DNA from: Escherichia phage vB-EcoS-XT34
DNA: 50,596 nt
Direction: 5' to 3' (one strand)
Sequence record: OR767160
Shown here: piece after piece, positions 46,047 to 50,596 of the stretch
Layout: the number at the start of each line of letters is the position of its first letter
Position numbering within the stretch: the stretch's first letter is position 1
Notes under the pieces: generated by a model
What the model was told of the DNA's origin: nothing
The model's input: the letters and a program-made list of their open reading frames with translations, nothing else
Databases searched by the model: none
Program-made: the position numbers and the translations under genes

Positions 46047-46421
46047 TCAGAACTGCATCTGATTATCGCGTCGATTACGACCTGGCTCTCCAAATAACTC
46101 TCCATCGCTCATCTTCTCTATGTTCATCATCTCCCATGTGTAGCGATCGTTCTCACCGCCATAGCACTTGAAATGAAATTCAAATGGCCTTTTTTGCGCG
46201 CCTTTGGACCAGTACCAGTTGTTCACGCCGTCAAGGTATCCTTCTCCCATGCATCTTGCAATAAACTCCTTTGATGATGACGATGCGAAATAGCGAGGCG
46301 TAACTCCAGCAGCCTTAGCCAGTCGCTCACACTCCCTGTGCTTGTATATGAAAACCGCCAGGTGCTGACGGTTGAATTTTTCATAGCCTTCGCAAAAACG
46401 GTACAGATCCAGAAGAAACAT
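46047..46421 (-). CDS. hypothetical protein
   Basis: 124-aa ORF co-oriented with the leftward block; overlaps the alternative 45908-46105 ORF, which I rank lower. Confidence 0.4.
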   Translation of the reverse strand: MFLLDLYRFCEGYEKFNRQHLAVFIYKHRECERLAKAAGVTPRYFASSSSKEFIARCMGEGYLDGVNNWYWSKGAQKRPFEFHFKCYGGENDRYTWEMMNIEKMSDGELFGEPGRNRRDNQMQF

Positions 46422-46424
46422 AAT

Positions 46425-48008
46425 TTACCCCAGCAGTCGCGGATTAATGTAAATCTTATCACCAATCAGGCACGTATAGTTCTTCTCATCCAGCATAGGG
46501 ATCAGGTGATCTTTGATGCGAGTCATTACGCCACTTTGCCCTTCAAAGGGCTTAACCTTACGAGCCGCTTCATATAGTGATCGGACACCTACAACGCCTT
46601 TCCCGTTCTTACCTTGCTTGATCAGAATGTCGATCAGCTTATTCATCTCCGCATGGTCGCCAGCATGACCAGCAGCGTTTGCAGATGACAGATAAGTCTT
46701 ACTCAGTTCCTGGAACATAATTACCGCTTCCTGCATTGTGTCAAGCTCAATCTCTCTGGACTTCTGCGGACTCCCGCCATTGGGATTAAACCAGTTACGC
46801 ACAGTGTGAAGAACAGCCGCGATCCTGATAGCCTGCTTATCGAACTTACCCAGCGCGCCGCGAAGCATTGTGTGTGAATACTTCCCGCCGTCCGCAAGGT
46901 GAGGTTCCATATCCTGACGCGCACGGTTGAGATATTTCATCGCCGATGTGCTCACTGTCAGATTGACTTTGTGTTCGCTCATGATCTCATGGACCAGACG
47001 GAAGTAGTCCGCCTTGAGTCCGCCATCAATCGGCTCGTATGTTGATTCGCCTTTTTCGTCAACGAATACACGCTCGCCAAGGAATGACTTCTCACGCACA
47101 AGCAAGAAACGTTCTGACACACCGATACCACGCGCACCAGCATTCATGATCGCGTTGATTGTTTCATCCTGTGCAATTACAGAGATGCAACCCATCGCAA
47201 TAAAGCTCATGTTATTGTCTGCGTTTGCACGCGCGATAGATACGTTTCCAGCATCCCATGCTTTCAGCACAAGCTCGCTGTTCGTTTTCTTTGAGCCGTC
47301 ACCATAGGTCATGCCTAAAAGTGAGTTCACGCTCGTTGCTTCATCCGAGATCACAGAGAAATTACCCTGGCGGTTGTTGATTCGTGCAAGACCTTCCGGC
47401 GTGGTGTCGGATACGGGGAATACGATGTCACAAAGGCGTTCCAGTTTTTCTTCCAGTTCTTCTTTTTCCTCAAACAGCGCCGCCATGTCAGATGGTGATT
47501 TCTCCTGCTTCATCTCCTTGGATAGAGCGGAAAGCTTAGCCATAATCTTCTTGCGGTCGCGCTTTCGGATCTCGTTGAGTCGTTCAGTCTCTGCGATCAT
47601 CGGGGCCAGCGAAAGTGAGTTAATGGCTGATTTACCTGTCGATGGTGGCTGACTGGTTACGACGTACAGCGCGGTAGGCTGTTGTGTTCCGTGATACTCA
47701 ACCGTAAATCGGCCCAGCATGGCGGCTGATATGCATCCGAGGAAATGCATGTAAGCGGACGACTCGGGGAACTGAACTGAACGAGCGGCATTGCTTGACA
47801 GCTTACCAACGACATCATAATCGTTACCAAGTGAGATAACCGGATATTTGTCACCGCCTGAGTCAATTTCTGTTGGGGCTTTCCAGAACGACTGGCTCTG
47901 CCTGTACCCATTCGCATTAATGGCAACGCGCAAAGGCGGCAGGTTGTCGGCAGCGGCTACAGCCATTACCTGATCGATTGACAATTTATCTTCGTTGAAA
48001 TCAAACAT
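46425..48008 (-). CDS. large P-loop-like protein of unknown function (candidate NTPase)
   Basis: 527 aa, deviant Walker A PPSTGKS and Walker B-like VISDE; N- and C-terminal segments shared with the 187-aa protein at 1138-1701. Confidence 0.6.
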   Translation of the reverse strand: MFDFNEDKLSIDQVMAVAAADNLPPLRVAINANGYRQSQSFWKAPTEIDSGGDKYPVISLGNDYDVVGKLSSNAARSVQFPESSAYMHFLGCISAAMLGRFTVEYHGTQQPTALYVVTSQPPSTGKSAINSLSLAPMIAETERLNEIRKRDRKKIMAKLSALSKEMKQEKSPSDMAALFEEKEELEEKLERLCDIVFPVSDTTPEGLARINNRQGNFSVISDEATSVNSLLGMTYGDGSKKTNSELVLKAWDAGNVSIARANADNNMSFIAMGCISVIAQDETINAIMNAGARGIGVSERFLLVREKSFLGERVFVDEKGESTYEPIDGGLKADYFRLVHEIMSEHKVNLTVSTSAMKYLNRARQDMEPHLADGGKYSHTMLRGALGKFDKQAIRIAAVLHTVRNWFNPNGGSPQKSREIELDTMQEAVIMFQELSKTYLSSANAAGHAGDHAEMNKLIDILIKQGKNGKGVVGVRSLYEAARKVKPFEGQSGVMTRIKDHLIPMLDEKNYTCLIGDKIYINPRLLG

Positions 48009-48079
48009 TAAAATAACTCCTTAGTTGGTGCGCTAATGTTAACGCACCTATGGTAAAACCGCTCGCCAGAAAATGCTAC

Positions 48080-48433
48080 TTATTTATACGCCGCCTCAAA
48101 TCGGTAGGTTCCGCATAACGTTTCGAATCCGACGTCATCCGAGCGGTACAACTGCCACGCATGACCCTCGTTATCAAAAATATAGCCAGCGTTGCTTCCC
48201 AATCCAGCATGGAGAGAAACCTGGTAGCGCTTGCCTTCGGTGAAGTCTTTTTTGACGGAAGATTTGTGATTCACCTTGGTAACGTAAAGGGTTTTAGTCT
48301 TGATGTAACGGCCTTTGATATCCAGGTTGACCCACTTTCCATTGATCTTGACCTGTTCAAATCCATTCTTGCTGACGCGAGCTTTCAGTAGGCGATTGTC
48401 GGAGGTAACGAAGTTTTTAGTGGTGATTGTCAT
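48080..48433 (-). CDS. hypothetical protein
   Basis: 117-aa ORF downstream of a leftward box element with RBS. Confidence 0.45.
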   Translation of the reverse strand: MTITTKNFVTSDNRLLKARVSKNGFEQVKINGKWVNLDIKGRYIKTKTLYVTKVNHKSSVKKDFTEGKRYQVSLHAGLGSNAGYIFDNEGHAWQLYRSDDVGFETLCGTYRFEAAYK

Positions 48434-48469
48434 TTTGTTTGCCTTTTTGTGTTTCGTTTCGATGAGATC

Positions 48470-48512
48470 AATATACAGGAAAAGCCCCGAAGGGCTTTAG
48501 CAATTAGTGCTA
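48470..48512 (-). promoter_or_regulatory. box element (TAGCACTAATTGCTAAA) plus TATATT and CTCATCGAAACGA leader, leftward
   Basis: minus-strand box TAG is the stop codon of the methyltransferase-like gene; 22-nt spacer with hairpin agccc-ttcg-gggct. Confidence 0.5.
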
Positions 48513-49178
48513 TTTGTTGCTTTCATATAGTGCGCGAGCAAAACCTTCCGGTGTTAATGAGCGTAGCACCTTTGTCTTTGCAGACTTTCCGCCGCAGTAT
48601 TTCCAGGCCCAAAAGAATCCAATGCTCTCAACTGGTTTTTTAATCGGCTCAACAAATCCATTTCCACACCAAATACAAGTCTTTTTGTTGTAGGCATTGC
48701 GAGTGGGCATCCTTGGGTGATAAACCTCATCGTGATCAATGTAACCGCCATAATCGCAAGGGTGGAAATAGAAGTCCGGTTTACGCCATAGAGTTGACAG
48801 TTTGCCTACAGGATTCTCAACCATCCATGGGGCATTAAAGTGATTGCCGACTTCCTCGACGAGCTTCGCATTAGCCAGGGCATACGCCAGTTCATCCTCA
48901 CTGCGCTCATGCTGTGATCCAGACTGAGAGAACAGCGTGCAATCAGGGAATCCGATAACCATCTGCGCCGGAGGCAGGCCGAGCAATTCACACTTGGTGA
49001 TGAAATCCTTGTCAATCCACATGTTGACGTAGTGAATGTTCTCATGCTTCATCTTGATGTGATATTCGCCATGATTGCCGGAGTCCGCGTTGAAGCAGTA
49101 GACGGTGTGACCATCTTCCGCCCATGGGAGGCCAGCGATACCAGAACCGTCAAAAAGACAATAAATTACCTTTTTCAT
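48510..49178 (-). CDS. compact C5-cytosine methyltransferase-like protein
   Basis: 222 aa with motif I-like LFDGSGIAG, motif IV-like GFPDCTLFSQSG and ENV-like MVENPVG; too short for a canonical target-recognition domain. Confidence 0.5.
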   Translation of the reverse strand: MKKVIYCLFDGSGIAGLPWAEDGHTVYCFNADSGNHGEYHIKMKHENIHYVNMWIDKDFITKCELLGLPPAQMVIGFPDCTLFSQSGSQHERSEDELAYALANAKLVEEVGNHFNAPWMVENPVGKLSTLWRKPDFYFHPCDYGGYIDHDEVYHPRMPTRNAYNKKTCIWCGNGFVEPIKKPVESIGFFWAWKYCGGKSAKTKVLRSLTPEGFARALYESNK

Positions 49179-49333
49179 TTCTTCTTTGCCTTCTCAATTG
49201 CTTTCTGTGTGATTTCGTAACTGCTTTGCAAGTCTTCAACCTGAGCTCTGGTGCTCCATGGATACCATCCTTGACCTGAGAGATTCGCGATCGTGTCGTT
49301 GTCGTAGTAGTTCAAATCGGATGGCTTTAGCAT
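49175..49333 (-). CDS. small hypothetical protein (52 aa)
   Basis: hand-translated MLKPSDLNYYDNDTIANLSGQGWYPWSTRAQVEDLQSSYEITQKAIEKAKKK, coupled at both ends (TAATG and ATGA overlaps). Confidence 0.3.
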   Translation of the reverse strand: MLKPSDLNYYDNDTIANLSGQGWYPWSTRAQVEDLQSSYEITQKAIEKAKKK

Positions 49334-49575
49334 TATTTCACCTTGTCAAAAGTTGCAATACCAGGGATAAACATTCCTACCTCCCAGCCTGCGATAGCAA
49401 TCCAGCCAGAATCGTGCTTGTGCGGTCGCTCAGCGCCATTAATAACCCATTCGTTCGGTATTGTCTTGCCGTTAATTATTAGCGCCTCAGCGTCGTATAC
49501 AGAGCCTTTTACGAATGGAGTAAGAACCTTCTTGTCTGTGCTGGTGATGCAGTTAGTGCAGCGAATTTTCATCAT
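49333..49575 (-). CDS. hypothetical protein
   Basis: 80 aa; N-terminus MKIRCTN..KGSVYDAEA resembles the protein at 5947-6345. Confidence 0.4.
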   Translation of the reverse strand: MMKIRCTNCITSTDKKVLTPFVKGSVYDAEALIINGKTIPNEWVINGAERPHKHDSGWIAIAGWEVGMFIPGIATFDKVK

Positions 49576-49581
49576 GATTCC

Positions 49582-49797
49582 TTAGAACGGTATTCCGTCG
49601 TCAAATTTTAAGCGGTAGTCGAAGTCATCCCCGATTCCGTCCACTGACTGGTTGCTTTCGCTTTCCAGATCCATATCCATGACGCCCAACGCGTCATCGA
49701 GTTCGATGCATCCGTAAGCAACCTTGAGCGCCCACACTTCATTTAGTCCGGCTTCAAGTGCCGCGCGGTGGCGGCTCCAGAAATTATCTTGATGCAC
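49582..49797 (-). CDS. hypothetical acidic protein
   Basis: 71-aa ORF in the leftward block. Confidence 0.4.
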   Translation of the reverse strand: MHQDNFWSRHRAALEAGLNEVWALKVAYGCIELDDALGVMDMDLESESNQSVDGIGDDFDYRLKFDDGIPF

Positions 49798-49799
49798 TG

Positions 49800-50024
49800 T
49801 TAGCTCCAGGAGTTGATGTAAAGTGAGTTATCGTTTAGCAGGTTTACCATCTCGGCGCGGGTAAGGCTGCGGATGATTGATCCTGGATGAGTGCCAACAA
49901 CGTAGCGGTTAAACTCTCGGCGCGTGATGGTGATTTGGCTTACGCCTGCGGCACGGTCCAGCTTGATGATTGCGCGGCCTTTTGCTTCGATGTGTGCTAC
50001 TACGTTCTGAGCTTTAACTGACAT
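49800..50024 (-). CDS. hypothetical protein
   Basis: 74-aa ORF with RBS AAAGAGGAAG, downstream of a leftward box element. Confidence 0.45.
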   Translation of the reverse strand: MSVKAQNVVAHIEAKGRAIIKLDRAAGVSQITITRREFNRYVVGTHPGSIIRSLTRAEMVNLLNDNSLYINSWS

Positions 50025-50061
50025 TTTTACTTCCTCTTTGTGTACTTCGTTTCGATGAAAT

Positions 50062-50104
50062 TATTATGCCTCAATCCGTGAGGCTTCGTTTAGCAATTCG
50101 TGCT
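50062..50104 (-). promoter_or_regulatory. box element (TAGCACGAATTGCTAAA) plus CATAAT and TTCATCGAAACGA leader, leftward
   Basis: minus-strand canonical box, hairpin gcctca-cgga-ttgaggc in the spacer; coordinates within about 2 nt. Confidence 0.5.
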
Positions 50105-50107
50105 ATT

Positions 50108-50305
50108 TCAGAATTTAACTTTCTCGACTACCTGGACCATCTCGTATCCAAGGCGGTAGCTGTCACCAAGGATTAATCGGCCCATGAACTGATCGTTAGT
50201 GAAGCTCTCCTTACCCATGGTCCGAAGCGATCCGTGATGGATGATAGTGTCACCAACCTTCACGTCGTTCTTGTGTTTCAAAACAATTTTGTTAGCCATT
50301 ATCAA
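50108..50305 (-). CDS. hypothetical protein
   Basis: 65-aa ORF; the ATG two codons inside the track TTG start is the likelier start. Confidence 0.4.
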   Translation of the reverse strand: MIMANKIVLKHKNDVKVGDTIIHHGSLRTMGKESFTNDQFMGRLILGDSYRLGYEMVQVVEKVKF

Positions 50306-50312
50306 GTTCTCC

Positions 50313-50495
50313 TTACATGTGTTTCAGGTAGAAAGCGATTTCACGGATGTTGTCTTCTGGATGAGCCTTCACGACTACCGCGAACATCTTCTCAACCAGT
50401 TCCTTGGCGCTCTCAGGGTTATAACCTTCCTGGACCAGAAGAGCAATAGTGTTTTCGATGGTAACTGGTGAGTTCTTGTTGATGCGCTTAGCCAT
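50313..50495 (-). CDS. hypothetical protein
   Basis: 60-aa ORF with RBS upstream, downstream of a leftward box element. Confidence 0.4.
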   Translation of the reverse strand: MAKRINKNSPVTIENTIALLVQEGYNPESAKELVEKMFAVVVKAHPEDNIREIAFYLKHM

Positions 50496-50531
50496 GATAA
50501 TTTCCTTTAGTGCGTGTCGTTTCGATGAGGT

Positions 50532-50576
50532 AATAATAGCGAATCACACCTGATCGGTCATTAGCAAAAAGTGCTA
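50532..50576 (-). promoter_or_regulatory. box element (TAGCAC-TTT-TTGCTAA) plus TATTAT and CTCATCGAAACGA leader, leftward
   Basis: minus-strand box near the right end of the window, same spacing and leader as the other leftward copies. Confidence 0.45.
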
Positions 50577-50596
50577 TTCGTTCGATTTATGGATTG

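Noticed and set aside
45908-46105. 65-aa minus-strand ORF overlapping the terminator at 45887 and the ORF at 46047-46421
   Set aside because: Its 3-prime end runs into the spanin terminator and it overlaps a longer co-oriented ORF; kept only as a low-priority alternative.
1-50596. CRISPR arrays, rRNA genes, integrase or transposase genes
   Set aside because: No spacer-repeat periodicity, no rRNA-like sequence and no recombinase or transposase motifs were seen; the only mobile-type genes are the HNH endonucleases.

Overview
This window reads as a near-complete genome of a T1-like (Drexlerviridae-type) siphovirus of an enterobacterial host, with no DNA polymerase, tRNA, rRNA or CRISPR array detected. 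Modules in order: a + strand block of small early genes (617-8470); a lambda-like head and tail module (8553-29230: TerS, TerL, portal, head morphogenesis, scaffold, decoration, major capsid, connectors, major tail, G/GT chaperone with a -1 frameshift, tape measure, M, L, K, I, J); a leftward lipoprotein plus receptor-binding candidate pair (29259-30424); a recombination module (exonuclease, Erf, SSB); a leftward tailspike, primase and HTH regulator; then helicase, VRR-NUC, Dam methylase, a lysis cassette (holin, endolysin, u-spanin) and a leftward block of small genes with a C5-methyltransferase-like protein. The most striking signal is a palindromic box, TAGCAC-N3-TTGCTA-AA, present in about 16 copies in the non-structural regions only; in its standard context it often overlaps the upstream stop codon and sits 21-22 bp before a -10-like hexamer and a conserved CA-rich leader. 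Other notable points are six paralogous HNH-AP2 endonucleases, a 187-aa mini-paralog of a 527-aa P-loop protein, and two 99-nt N runs flanked by exact 128-bp duplications (assembly joins). All calls rest on reading the sequence and ORF track by eye; no database search was run, and coordinates of short motifs may be off by 1-2 nt.
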